A DNA stretch of 63,442 nt, filler included, from Babesia bigemina (GCF_000981445.1; 6 parts of 6 records of this genome joined end to end with filler, not necessarily neighbours in it), one strand, 5' to 3'; positions 29,974 to 41,529 are shown, numbered from the whole stretch's first letter. Numbers and translations: made by a program. Notes: generated by a model from the sequence alone, not told the origin.

Positions 29974-32900
29974 CTTGCTGATACTGACCATTCCATTACT
30001 GACGATGCTACTAGAAGAGCCTTGAAGGACATTGAGTCCAAGCTCATTAGCCTTGGTCACCTTGCTGGTCAACTTGGAGGATTTGTTGGTGAGAGTGAGA
30101 GTGTTAAGAAAGCCGTTGTGAATGCTATTATCGCTAAAATTAACAGTAATGAAGAGCTTAAACATCTTTACTCTTCTCTTGTTACTAACCTTTCTGAGTC
30201 TGTCAAGCCTGCTGACCAGGCTGATGACACCGATGAAATTAGTGAGCTTAGTAAGTTAGTTACTGCAGAAATTCAGCGTCTTGAACAGCAACTTAAACAG
30301 CCTAATAAACATCCTAATAATCTTCCTTCTTGCCCCTCTCCCTCTGCTGACTCAGACAAATTGCAGTCCAAGTTGGAGGCTTTGAAGAAAGTGAATGAGC
30401 TTTGTGGATTTTTGACTAATCTTAATAATCATCCAAATGAGCCTAAAAAGCTTTTAGAAAACCTCTGCACTGGCCTCGAAAAATTCCTCGGCTTCAACTC
30501 TGACTCCAAAGGCTACGACGGCACTGGGATAGTGTACTCCGACTTGGATAGGCTGTGTGACGGGGTGATGGCGTTTTTGTATCAGGTGCTTAAAGACGTC
30601 AGCGAGAAACAGCCTTACAGTGTGGGTAAAACAATACTAAATGACATTGTTAATGAGCTTAAAAAGAATTTATCCACCGGGCGTAAGGGTTTTGAGGTTA
30701 TTGCGCAGGTGGCGCAGAGGGTGCGGGGGTATAATGAGAGAGTTAAGGAGGGGAATGAGAGGGTGAAAACCGTAATCGGAAAATTGTTTGACAAGATAAA
30801 TGAGACAGGTATGTGGCGTAAGAGCATTAATGCTATGCAGGCATCTGATAATTTAAATCAAGCGGAAGAGGACGTGAAGTCGGCAGCGTTCATGGTGAAG
30901 GAGTGTCTTGAGACCACTGAAGTATTCACTAACGCATTAGATATTGTTCATCCTGATAACCGTGACATGAAAAATTCCATTAATGACTTAAACACTAACT
31001 TACGTGATAACGTTCTTAATGCACGAATGACGATTGAGCATGAGAGTGAGAGGCTCGCTGCCCTTTCCGCCAAGGCGTGGAACGACCTAGCTGGCATGAC
31101 GAACAAAACGCGTGATGCATTGAATGAGCTGAAAACAAACGTTACTAATGAAATCAGCGATAAAGTATTAAAGCTGGTCGTGCTGTTGAACCAAAAGGTT
31201 CTGGCAATTAGGAATCAGCTTATAGAGATTGAAAGAGATTTGGGGCACTACATTCATCAGTTGGAAAATTGGATGGACAAGGCGAAGAAATTGATTGATG
31301 ACGTGACCAATACGCACATTAACGCTATTATTAACCACGGTGTCGGTTACGTTAATCATAAGAAACTGGAAGATATTGCGGATGAAATTAGGAGAGGATT
31401 AAACGCGGCAAGGAACCATCTCAATGATATGGTAACGAAAGCGTTGGAGCAAGTGAAAGCGATGGACGCGGCGCTTAAAGGGGATTTGTATAAGGTGAAG
31501 CAGGCAATAGGGGAGCAGGTTAAAAAAATCCAACAGGAGATTAGGTCGCTTGGAAATCAGTTCAATGGGGGTAGCGGAACAACGCCGGATAGCATTGAGA
31601 AGATAATGAAGCATATAAAAGAAAAGATAGACGATATTGAGGGGCACGTTGGTGAATCCAGAAAGCCAGGATCCGCCAGCGGGGCGGATGCAAGTGTACA
31701 ACAGAATTGGGATGCGTTGAAAGCAAAGATGACGGAGCTTCTTGGGGATATATATGAAAGATCATCTGCGGCAAAAATGAATTATCTCGGCAAAATCGAG
31801 AAAGGCGTGACGGAGTATGCTGCATTGTTCAAGGATACGACAGGAGGTAATGGGTTTAACAAAAGAGTTGATGAGTGGGTGGCGGAAATAATTACGAAAG
31901 AACCAGTTAAAGGATTGCTTACAGAGTATGTTAAACAGAATAGGAGCATTGGGTTTTTTAACGGTTACATGAGTGATAAGGGTCCTGATAGATTACGTAA
32001 TCATGTCACACCTATACTGAAATTGCAAATCACGGAAAAGCTTCAAGAGATTAAGCCAAAAATTACTTTTGGCACCAAACCTAACGTGGAGGGGTACTTG
32101 TCATATGTAACGGACTATCTTTCCGAGTTTTCAAAAAACGCTATGAGTAAAGAAGATGGTATAGTTACAGCAATCTCTAGCGTAGTGCAACTTGATGTTC
32201 AGTTGGTAGCGTCTGCTGACCACAGGGGGCACCGAAAGTTCTATCTCGAGCTCGCTGTGCGTGCCACTCTATCCGCTCTAACATTCATTGCCAAGCATAT
32301 TGCCTACCAATTGGAATCATTTGCTAGCACAAACACAGATCTTGGCACCAAGTTGCCGGCAGCTATTAAGCAAGTTAAATTGATTAGCCAACAATTTGAT
32401 CCGGGTAATTCTTTCGGCGCTAAGATTGATAGAGCGTTGAGCAGCGTACAATTAGAAGTTAAGACCCTGCACAGGCAGCTGAACTCGGCGCTTGAACCCG
32501 GCGTCTCTAGCGCTAGCAACGCTAAATTCGTCGACACCGCTATCTCGGACATGAACAACGTGGCTAATGATCACATCGGTACGACTCCGCTGCCAGGTGG
32601 AGGCACGTCAAACGAGAGAATTTCCGAGCTCGGTAGAAATGGTTTTGAAAAATATAAACAGCAAGTTAATCAAGATAGCCTTATTCAAGGGAACCCAGAA
32701 AAGTTTAGCGGCGTCCTACCCGCGGCCATCGGTGAGATTAGGGATCATGGTTTCAAAGTATTCGAAAAAATGTTAACCGGCACAAAACCTGATGAACAGC
32801 ATTCTATCGGACATCTCGAGCAAATGAAAAGCAATCTTACCAATTTGATAGCGGCGTTTTCGGCTGCAGGTAAAGCTATCGAAGCTAATTTAGGAAATCT

Positions 32901-35900
32901 AAAAGAAGGTAATATTACAAACGATCTGAAAATAATTAGAAATCAAATCGACACCCTTCGTACAGTCGATTTGGGAAGAATCATCAAGGATGCCACAAAA
33001 TTTCACAGTTTCGCCACGACACAATGTGAGGAAACCGTCCAAACCCTTACGCGACACGTCGACAATGAAGTGGAGTCCGCCCTCTCCACCCTCACCACCG
33101 CCGCCCGCCGCAACTACGTCACCTCCGTCAAGGCGCTCCTCACCGCGTTCGCGGACAAGGTCGAAAAGGAGTTGGAGGGGTTGCCGGGGGAGATTGACAA
33201 GGATTTGACGATCGGGTACAAGGGGTTTATGAAGACGTTGGGAGACGGATATACCAAAGGAACTATAACAAGTAATAATATTAACTTGCTTAAAAGTCTA
33301 GCAACACTTTTTAAATCAAATGAATATAATGCGAGAGATTTTTCCGATTTGGCGGAGGCATTCTATGACTTCTTCACGCCAGTCAAAAAGTATGTTCTGC
33401 GAGAGATAAGCAGCGTGCATGGCAAAGAAAATGAGAAACGAAATCGGAATCCTTCATCAAAAGAGACCTTATACACCAATAAGTTTAATGATATCTGCGC
33501 GGCACTTGAATCCTTGCTCACTCATATTAAGGACAAAAATAAATATGATAGTGAAGTGCCTAAAATGCTTGTAAAACTTACTTCTAAGATCACTGAGCTT
33601 AAGCCAGAAAACTTCGATATGCAAAATACTCCAACGATGGACAGCGTTTCCCTAGGACTTAACGACTTTGTCAGTGAGCTGGAAAAGGTCTACATATCGG
33701 CGTATGACGGTCAGAAATATGAGAAGGACGTGTACATATATAAACAGCGCGTTGACACGAGAGGAAAGGTTGAGATACATGAGGTGACTGAGTATGGTAT
33801 GAACTGCGCGAAGGTGTTCCTTACCGCCCTGTCGACACTGAGTTATGACTTTCAGACTTTGGGAGAGAAATGTAAAGGTTCGCAGTTCCAAACTATTTAC
33901 GCATCCAACGAGAACATAACGAATGTCTTAGGTGACTATCTTATCAGTCGCGGGTACAAGGTTTCTATGTCTCGTGAGTCACATGAGGGACAGTTGAGGA
34001 ATGAGCCAAAGTGCGCCGGTCAAGCCATATATCTGAGTAAGCTGAACGAACAAATCAAAACCGCTGTAAATCTGAAACAGGTCGAAGCGTGGAAAGAAGA
34101 ACAGAAGAAAGAAAATAAGTTCACTCATCCCCGCGATGCTGATAGTAATAAGATTAATCTCCTCGACATTCTCGATTACCTGCAGTATTGCCTTGAAACC
34201 TACTACCAAGTCCGCCACTATGCTACCTTTTTCTCTAAGAAGCAGCCGTGCTCAGTTTATGAAATGCTCTGTTGGCTGTCCGGGATGCCATGCAATAACG
34301 CCTACGAGGAGCTGTTAGGTGACGGCCTCAGTGATCCGTTCAAGGATCCAAGAAAGCAGACAAAAGAAGTGGCAGGCGAGAGTGAATTCACTGTGGAAAC
34401 GCCGGAATCTTTGTACCTGGATGCATCCCCCAAAACGATGAAATATGCAAATACTGTGCGAGTTGTGCGACATCTTTGTCCAATCTCTCACGACCTGCTG
34501 ACGATCCTCCTCGGTCACGGTGACGCAGAGACCACGTACGCGGTTGACTTCTCCAGCAACGCGATGAACTTACACTATCCTCAGAAGGGCGAAGATTGCC
34601 TCCAGATGCTGCTCGATATATTGTGCCGTTTGCTACCGCAGCTGAGATACTTACATGAAAAATGTAAGCTAGGCACTGAGCACGGTGGTTGGTACAGCTG
34701 CAAGTACGGCAAAGTTATCAAGACAAGCAAGTGGCCATGTTCCGATCACTCAAGCGACGAAGCAAAAGACAAAGCAACGTGCCAACCAAAATCACCACTT
34801 CAATCATACCTAAACGACTGCTTACCAGGTCACCTACCTCATCGAGTGGAATCAATCGGATGTAACGCCGTATGTAAGACGTGTCCTGGTAGTAAGCCCG
34901 GAATGCCCTGTTTGACGCCTCTTGGATTCAGAGGATTCTCCGGCAGTACCAAGAGAGGCAAAGACATATGCACCGTGCTAACCAAGTTCTTTGACGAGGT
35001 GGACATCTCATGCCTCTTCGCCCTTTCTGTCAAACCGCCACGCACGTTGCCGGAACACTTCGGATTTACGTTGTCATTAGTTAATGGGTGGCATACATCC
35101 AACAAATCGGGTTTCCGTAATGTGTTGCAAGATACCTTCGATAATGCCATCTACAATTTATCTATTCAACTAGCAGACAAACAGGGCACACTACCAGATG
35201 CGTTGCGTAAAGCGTATGGCAGCGATCAGGAAAGTCATTCTAGACATGAAACAGATTCTGCTGACCTGGTCAGTTTGTCATTAAGAATGCCATGTACCGG
35301 TGCGGATAACCACTGCGCTCCTTACGTATCCACTTCATGCGTCGACATATATAATTATCTCCCATACAAACACGCCAACCTCTACCTCTCCTGGGCCATC
35401 TACCTCCCGTGGACATTCTGGGACCTGCTCAACAATCTCTACAATTCTTTCTGCTCCATCAACTGCCAGGACTGGGGATGCCGTGGATGTCTGAGGGGGG
35501 ATAAGTGCAAGAAGGGATCGCATGGTGTTGTTGATAAAGAGAAGCCATCTGCTGATTGCCAATGCCCTTCTATCGTCGACTGCAAAGGTGTCGCACCAAC
35601 GCTCTACCAGTATGGTTTCGTCTTCGGTGAAGCGTCGACGCTGAATGACAGTCAATCGCCGAAGAAGTGTTCCGATTTCTGTAGTCAGTTGAAGAATGTG
35701 CTTAAATCGCAGTATTTCAAGAAGCTGTTTGAAGAATGCGACAACTTCTTATGGATCATCAGACAACCGTTCACCTACCTTGTCCTTGCCCTCTGGCTCC
35801 TCTCTTTATTGTACCTCCTCCACATCATGGTCATCCGCCTCGACCTGCTCCACATCAAATCGCATCTACATAGTCCCTCGACTCATCGCATAGCTGCTCA

Positions 35901-35961
35901 ATCATTGCTCGCCGCGGCACGTGTTAACAAGCTTAACAGAGTGTTTTACCTGCAACCGTAA
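29974..35961 (+). CDS. ves1: VESA1/ves1-like cassette 5; no 5' ATG (ORF-track start 30022 is TTG; first in-frame ATG at 30568)
   Basis: GIVYSDLDRLCDGVM, SPLQSYLNDCLPGHLPH, CQDWGCRGC Cys domain, TM segment and conserved tail. Confidence 0.87.
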   Translation, partial: LADTDHSITDDATRRALKDIESKLISLGHLAGQLGGFVGESESVKKAVVNAIIAKINSNEELKHLYSSLVTNLSESVKPADQADDTDEISELSKLVTAEIQRLEQQLKQPNKHPNNLPSCPSPSADSDKLQSKLEALKKVNELCGFLTNLNNHPNEPKKLLENLCTGLEKFLGFNSDSKGYDGTGIVYSDLDRLCDGVMAFLYQVLKDVSEKQPYSVGKTILNDIVNELKKNLSTGRKGFEVIAQVAQRVRGYNERVKEGNERVKTVIGKLFDKINETGMWRKSINAMQASDNLNQAEEDVKSAAFMVKECLETTEVFTNALDIVHPDNRDMKNSINDLNTNLRDNVLNARMTIEHESERLAALSAKAWNDLAGMTNKTRDALNELKTNVTNEISDKVLKLVVLLNQKVLAIRNQLIEIERDLGHYIHQLENWMDKAKKLIDDVTNTHINAIINHGVGYVNHKKLEDIADEIRRGLNAARNHLNDMVTKALEQVKAMDAALKGDLYKVKQAIGEQVKKIQQEIRSLGNQFNGGSGTTPDSIEKIMKHIKEKIDDIEGHVGESRKPGSASGADASVQQNWDALKAKMTELLGDIYERSSAAKMNYLGKIEKGVTEYAALFKDTTGGNGFNKRVDEWVAEIITKEPVKGLLTEYVKQNRSIGFFNGYMSDKGPDRLRNHVTPILKLQITEKLQEIKPKITFGTKPNVEGYLSYVTDYLSEFSKNAMSKEDGIVTAISSVVQLDVQLVASADHRGHRKFYLELAVRATLSALTFIAKHIAYQLESFASTNTDLGTKLPAAIKQVKLISQQFDPGNSFGAKIDRALSSVQLEVKTLHRQLNSALEPGVSSASNAKFVDTAISDMNNVANDHIGTTPLPGGGTSNERISELGRNGFEKYKQQVNQDSLIQGNPEKFSGVLPAAIGEIRDHGFKVFEKMLTGTKPDEQHSIGHLEQMKSNLTNLIAAFSAAGKAIEANLGNLKEGNITNDLKIIRNQIDTLRTVDLGRIIKDATKFHSFATTQCEETVQTLTRHVDNEVESALSTLTTAARRNYVTSVKALLTAFADKVEKELEGLPGEIDKDLTIGYKGFMKTLGDGYTKGTITSNNINLLKSLATLFKSNEYNARDFSDLAEAFYDFFTPVKKYVLREISSVHGKENEKRNRNPSSKETLYTNKFNDICAALESLLTHIKDKNKYDSEVPKMLVKLTSKITELKPENFDMQNTPTMDSVSLGLNDFVSELEKVYISAYDGQKYEKDVYIYKQRVDTRGKVEIHEVTEYGMNCAKVFLTALSTLSYDFQTLGEKCKGSQFQTIYASNENITNVLGDYLISRGYKVSMSRESHEGQLRNEPKCAGQAIYLSKLNEQIKTAVNLKQVEAWKEEQKKENKFTHPRDADSNKINLLDILDYLQYCLETYYQVRHYATFFSKKQPCSVYEMLCWLSGMPCNNAYEELLGDGLSDPFKDPRKQTKEVAGESEFTVETPESLYLDASPKTMKYANTVRVVRHLCPISHDLLTILLGHGDAETTYAVDFSSNAMNLHYPQKGEDCLQMLLDILCRLLPQLRYLHEKCKLGTEHGGWYSCKYGKVIKTSKWPCSDHSSDEAKDKATCQPKSPLQSYLNDCLPGHLPHRVESIGCNAVCKTCPGSKPGMPCLTPLGFRGFSGSTKRGKDICTVLTKFFDEVDISCLFALSVKPPRTLPEHFGFTLSLVNGWHTSNKSGFRNVLQDTFDNAIYNLSIQLADKQGTLPDALRKAYGSDQESHSRHETDSADLVSLSLRMPCTGADNHCAPYVSTSCVDIYNYLPYKHANLYLSWAIYLPWTFWDLLNNLYNSFCSINCQDWGCRGCLRGDKCKKGSHGVVDKEKPSADCQCPSIVDCKGVAPTLYQYGFVFGEASTLNDSQSPKKCSDFCSQLKNVLKSQYFKKLFEECDNFLWIIRQPFTYLVLALWLLSLLYLLHIMVIRLDLLHIKSHLHSPSTHRIAAQSLLAAARVNKLNRVFYLQP

Positions 35962-36086
35962 TCGTACTCACGTTGTTACTGTCTACACTCACCTAACATA
36001 TCACCTACTCACCTAACAAATGAATTGTGCTTTAATCTGTTGCATCACTCACTCATCGTTGTATGCGATTGTGTAGTAGTTAACTT
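35962..36086 (+). other. Conserved 3' tail/UTR of cassette 5
   Basis: Homologous to the other tails. Confidence 0.8.
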
Positions 36087-36485
36087 ATGTGGTGACCAAT
36101 GTGTTGACCAACGTGTTGACCAAGATGCTGCCCAAAGTGTTGACCAAGGTGGTGACCAATGTGCTGACCAATGTGCTGACCAAAGTGTTGACCAAAGTGG
36201 TGACCAAGCACCTGACCAATGCCATGACCAAAGTGCTGACCAATGCCATGACCAATGTGCTAACCAATGTGCTGACCTAACGGCTGACCAATCTGCTGAC
36301 CAAAGTGGTGACCAAAGTGCTGACCAAAGTGCTGACCAATGCCACGACCAAAGTGGTGACCTAAGTGCTGACCAACGTGCTGACCAACGTGCTGACCAAA
36401 GTGGTGACCTATGTGCTGACCAAAGTGGTGACCTATGTGCTGACCAATGCCATGACCAAAGTGCTGACCAACGTGTTGACCAAGG
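36087..36485. repeat. 12-bp minisatellite
   Basis: TGACCAA periodicity. Confidence 0.95.
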
Positions 36486-36493
36486 TAATAATT

Positions 36494-36989
36494 ACGGCAG
36501 CGATGACATGGTCACGGCAGCGATGACATGCTTAGGGCAGCGATGACATGGCTACGGCAGCGATGACATGGTCACGGCAGCGATGAGATGGTCACGGCAG
36601 CGGTGACATGGTTAAGGCAGCGATGACATGGTTACGGCAGCGATGACATGGTCACGGCAGCGATGAAATGGTCACGGCAGCGATGACATGGCTACGGCAG
36701 CGATGACATGGTCACGGCAGCGATGACAAGGTCACGGCAGCGGTGACATGGTCACGGCAGCGATGACATGGTCACGGCAGCGATGACATGGCTACGGCAG
36801 CGATGACATGGTCACGGCAGCGATGACAAGGTCACGGCAGCGGTGACATGGTCACGGCAGCGATGACATGGTCACGGCAGCGATGACATGGTTACGGCAG
36901 CGATGAAATGGTCACGGCAGCGATGACATGGACTCAGCAGCGATGACATGGACACGGCAGCGATGACATCGTCACGGCAGCGATGACAG
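36494..36989. repeat. 20-bp minisatellite (longest copy)
   Basis: About 25 units of CGATGACATGGTCACGGCAG. Confidence 0.95.
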
Positions 36990-37022
36990 TGGTGACCAAC
37001 CACCTGACCAAAGTGGTGATTA

Positions 37023-37086
37023 TCATCCACTCTACATCGCCCCTTTACCCACTCTACATCGCCCCTTATCCACTCCACATCGCCCC
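37023..37086. repeat. Start of next 22-bp array, cut by gap
   Basis: About three units following the same short linker seen at 8399-8432 and 22683-22703. Confidence 0.85.
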
Positions 37087-37186
37087 NNNNNNNNNNNNNN
37101 NNNNNNNNNNNNNNNNNNNNNNNNNNNNNNTTAATTAATTAANNNNNNNNNNNNNNNNNNNNNNNNNNNNNNNNNNNNNNNNNNNN
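37087..37186. other. Artificial contig linker
   Basis: N44-TTAATTAATTAA-N44. Confidence 0.98.
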
Positions 37187-38255
37187 TGAAACCAAATATG
37201 AATCCGTAGGCGAAGACATTTTTCGTAAAATGTTCTCCAAGTTTACGGGTGTTTCTACCGTCTATATCACCGATGCTTATCACACAATTTTGCAAATGGT
37301 TTTTCACGTTTTTCAAATTCTCTCTTAACCACTGCGCTGTTCTTTCTGCGAATTCCTTCGTCTTAAGCATTGAAACCTTTGGCGACTGCCCGGTCTGCGA
37401 AAAGGCGCCATCAGCGAACAATTTGTCTAATTGGGACTGAAGGCCGGCGCAATGTTCTTTTAAGTATTGCCAATATATAGGTGTGTTGGAATGTTTCGTA
37501 GTTTTACGTAAATCCTCGTTCAATGTTTCTATTAACTCTCCACCATCGTTTTTCTTTGCCTCTTCAGCTACAATATGACAAAATACATCCACCAAGTGAA
37601 GCGCGTTTGCAATATTCACCTTATCCTTGCCGGAGTCGGATACAACTGTAGTAGAAAAGATGTCGCGGAAAAAATTGTGGCCATTTTTGCTCAAAATACT
37701 TCCTAGGTCATACGCCATATTTGAACCCTGGGGATACGCAGAAGAATCATATCTCACCTCCATCGGATTAAACCCCCCAGGTATAATCCCACCGTAGTAG
37801 TCGGATGTCTTTTTCGCATGGAGGTACTTATCGAGATCATCGCCATATCCACCACCCCACCCAAGTATGCTGGTTGCCCAGCTCCCGCCGCCCAATGTAC
37901 CAAAACCATGATTCACACGATAATAAAGATGATAGATCGCGGCAAGGAACTTGGGAAGGCAATCTAGCAAAGCATCCACAATTGCTGGTGGATCGGTGCC
38001 TTTATATTTCCTGTAGGCTCTCCCAAGGGCGCCATCATTAACGTATGGCTGCACTAATTGTGTGTAAAAATGGTTGACTTGAACAATGAATCTGGACAAT
38101 TCCGTTTTGCTTTGATCAGGCTGTATATAGTACTCTTTAAGACGTGTCGCCAGTTCTCTAGCAACATAGTCTTGCATAGTGCCATCACTGCTCAACAACT
38201 TTAGAAACTCAAAGCACTGCTTAAGAGTCTCGATCTTCAGGTCATGCTTAGCCAT
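37187..38255 (-). CDS. Babesia multigene-family protein (TLKxCFxFL...LLDCLPKFLAAIY...GIIPGGF domain, reminiscent of the secreted-antigen-1-like fold); 3' end truncated by gap
   Basis: ATG at 38255 (MAKHDLKIETLKQCFEFL); clear paralogue of 49758-52335 (CLPKFLAAIY, IPGGF, FRDxF, EFAxxTAxWLRxNL, HFTKNxFxYGF). Family name is from memory and uncertain. Confidence 0.75.
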
Positions 38256-40629
38256 CTTTCCCCAATGGATCACGTACTAACCCTTCAGTTAGAAGACGAG
38301 GTATCAAGAGCGTTCACGGCCGTGAACCTCCAGCGCTAAAGTGATTGAACCTTTGAGTGCCGATTTTCTGGAACGCCGCCTACAAGACGGCAGGGTCAAA
38401 TCGCCCACTGGTATACGTGAACAGCGTACAAATTGCAAGGCTATGTAACAAAATAATCATCAAACAACAATTGAAAACAAGGGGTGATAAGCAACAACAA
38501 GCCCTCTCCACCCGTCAACTACATTTATCAATACTTTGATCATATAGCACGCTCACCTGTGGAGTGAGAAAGGTCTAAAGCCCAAGAGGCCGACAAGCCC
38601 AGAGGCCGACCGGCCTGGAAAAAATGGAACCCGGCCGGAAAGTGGCATACCCCACGAGATTTCCGTGTATATCGCACATCATATATACCATATCTAAACC
38701 TTGAATTCACCAGGCCGTCTCCCTTAGGCGTTCCCGGAGCGTCCAGGCGACCGCTGCTCGCCTCACCGCCAGTACCACTACAGTCACGCGATGGCAGCGG
38801 CGGTATACGACGCCTACAACTACGCCTATTCGTAATTTTGTGGGCGTGCATTTATGTTAAACTAGAATCAAAGCGGATTAGTTCCAACTCATCCCCGGAT
38901 ATGCCACTCCACTGTCACCGCAGCCGCCATGTTCCACCCTATTGGCAACTTCCGCGTTATTAATTTAGTGAATGGGTCTGATTAATGTTTAAGTATCAAC
39001 CACGGTCGTCTAAATAGAGCTTACTTAGTTGCGCTCAACCGTGGCAATCACGCCGCATGATATCAGGGCTTCCTGCAGATGGGCACGCCTCCACCAATGA
39101 GATGGTTCCTCATGTCAATATAAACGTTGTACCACCTCGCCTAATAACTGATTTGGCACCTCGTATCTCATGATGCTTCACCTCGTCAGCTTTGATGGTC
39201 CCGAATATGCAGTCCCTGCTGATTCGGTATGAAATGACGTCGATGACTTAGAGCACTTGGCTTCTGCAACGTGCTTAGACCGACAACGTTCACTAGTATT
39301 GTGTGCTGGGTTGCTATTGGGACGCATAAGGTTATTATGTTTTAGCGGATAGTGCCTGAAGTGGAGTAGCGTGGAGGCCCACACTACCGGTGTTCACGAA
39401 ACCGGAAGCAGGCGGGAGACATCTGTTCAAATATTAAGATGTATTGGGGACACACTGGGAAGCGATGTAACTAAGCATTTTACAGAACCAGTGAGCTTAT
39501 GATTAGTGCCCAGCATTCGATTATCCGGTCTTCTAACTACTATTACAATCACCGGCATCCATACAACGCCATTCCACCGCTCATATCACAGTACTGGCGT
39601 ACAAGTGACGACCTATAAATGCTTACTCTTGATGGTGTTCTACAGGAAGATACATTGCAGTCATCACAAATTCCAAACGACGTTATCACAAGTCAGCAAA
39701 ACCATTGGGAAGTTTTTGCCGGTTTATAAACCGAATTACATTGAGTTATAGCACCACGTTCCTCTACTTCTTGCAACCAGCGCAGACTGCATGAGCAGTG
39801 GACAGCGACGGTCGTAGCAATTGATGGGCGGAGCGTTGTTTGTATTAGCAAATGTTATAAAAGATTAATTTCATAGGCCCTTAGTTGATCCAATTAATAA
39901 CTGGTACACGGCGATAAAAGTCACAACTTGTTTGCCACACCTATTGTATTCGATAGTGAGTGTTAACTGGCAATACACTGGCGACAGACGAAGGGTTACC
40001 ATAAAGCCGGTAGTGGGGGTTTACCGACAGATGAGTACGAATTACCCATTGTGGACGATTGCGATCATCCGTTGTATGTAACCATGGACAGCAGCGAAGT
40101 TGTGACGTGCCATCATTAAGAGGAAATGTTGAATTGGCACGCACGAATGCCGCGCATCTCCTCATACGTTTGAAGTACAAGTGGCTTCTACCTAAAAATA
40201 TGTGTAAACGGGAACGGAAGTTAGCGATATATCTGTAGATGTCGCGGCAAGTTTGATGAATTAAAGGGTCGGTGCAATTAGATGCGTTGCCACATGCTGA
40301 GTTGGTTATGCCAAAGCAGAGGTGGTAGTGCTCTGACTTGACATGAGATGGATAAGTTGGCGTATACGTTATTGAACAACGAACAGTTGAATGTCACATC
40401 GTCATCACTATCTGCACAACTCGCCTCATCAATACATGTAGTGGGTCCGGCTGCTCATGGTGTCACTGCTCTGGGATTGCGATTGAGGTTTGCATGTGCA
40501 GCAGGATGCGCAACGCCTTGCATGTGAGAACCTAAGCTATGTATGCCTTGGATTTATAAAATATGGCGTAGCCTTCGAAATTTGTAGTCCGTTGCCCTGG
40601 GTGGCGTGTGAGTGAAGGCAGCGGAGAGG

Positions 40630-41529
40630 ATGGCAGCGGCGCCGGAGGGGGCTGGGAACAAGTGTGGATGCAAACCGATTTCATGTCAAAAACAAGGAGA
40701 AGGTCCATGCGCTAGCCCGCAATGTACCCAGTGCAAGACGTGCTGTGACGCCGAATGTAATGGTTGCAAGGTAAAATGCAAGGCGAATGAACCATGTAAA
40801 TGTTATATTACCCGCTGTGGTTGTAAGGATGATTGTTATGCAAATGGTAGCGATGGACATTGTCGAGGATTAAAAAGCAGCTGTGAACGATGTAAAATAA
40901 GATGCCAAGGATCCCCTAAATGTATATGTCATTATTGTAGCTGCGGAACGAAATGTAACGGTGTAATTTGTAGCTGCTGTAGCTGGTGTGATCCGAGGAA
41001 TTGTTCTGGAGTTCCTTGCAACGGCTACGTAATCGGCAAATGCCCAGAGCCTGGCCCATGCAAAGGTCACGTCAAATACGACATATACGACAAAAACGAC
41101 AAAGACGGCAAATACGGTGCTGTATACAATCGCAATGATACAAATAGAATCCCGTGCGATAAAAAACCCCACCAAGGCAAGGACTGTACCAACAACAACT
41201 GCAATTGGCTCCGTGGAGAGCGAAACGAGAATGGGTGTTGCATAATTAAATGCACATACTGCGGTACACTATGCGGCCAAGACAAATTTAGGCGCTGCTG
41301 TTACATAGCGATCCCCGTAGTTATCATTGTGTTATTATTCCTTATTTTCCGGTTTATGCTTCCCGAGAAGTTCCACGCGATTACGACTAAAATACGCGCC
41401 GCATTTCCCACCTCGCCCAGGCATCATGGCAGATCCTTTACTAATCTCGTCGGTGACAGAATTCCCGAGGAGGTGAACATTGACCGCTACCCCGCCTTCC
41501 GCCCAAGGGCATACGCTGGATTGGCGTAG
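40630..41529 (+). CDS. Cys/Lys-rich protein with one C-terminal TM helix (about 299 aa)
   Basis: ATG at 40630; dense CxC/CxxC/CC motifs over about 220 aa, hydrophobic IAIPVVIIVLLFLIFRFML, then a short basic tail. Confidence 0.8.
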   Translation: MAAAPEGAGNKCGCKPISCQKQGEGPCASPQCTQCKTCCDAECNGCKVKCKANEPCKCYITRCGCKDDCYANGSDGHCRGLKSSCERCKIRCQGSPKCICHYCSCGTKCNGVICSCCSWCDPRNCSGVPCNGYVIGKCPEPGPCKGHVKYDIYDKNDKDGKYGAVYNRNDTNRIPCDKKPHQGKDCTNNNCNWLRGERNENGCCIIKCTYCGTLCGQDKFRRCCYIAIPVVIIVLLFLIFRFMLPEKFHAITTKIRAAFPTSPRHHGRSFTNLVGDRIPEEVNIDRYPAFRPRAYAGLA

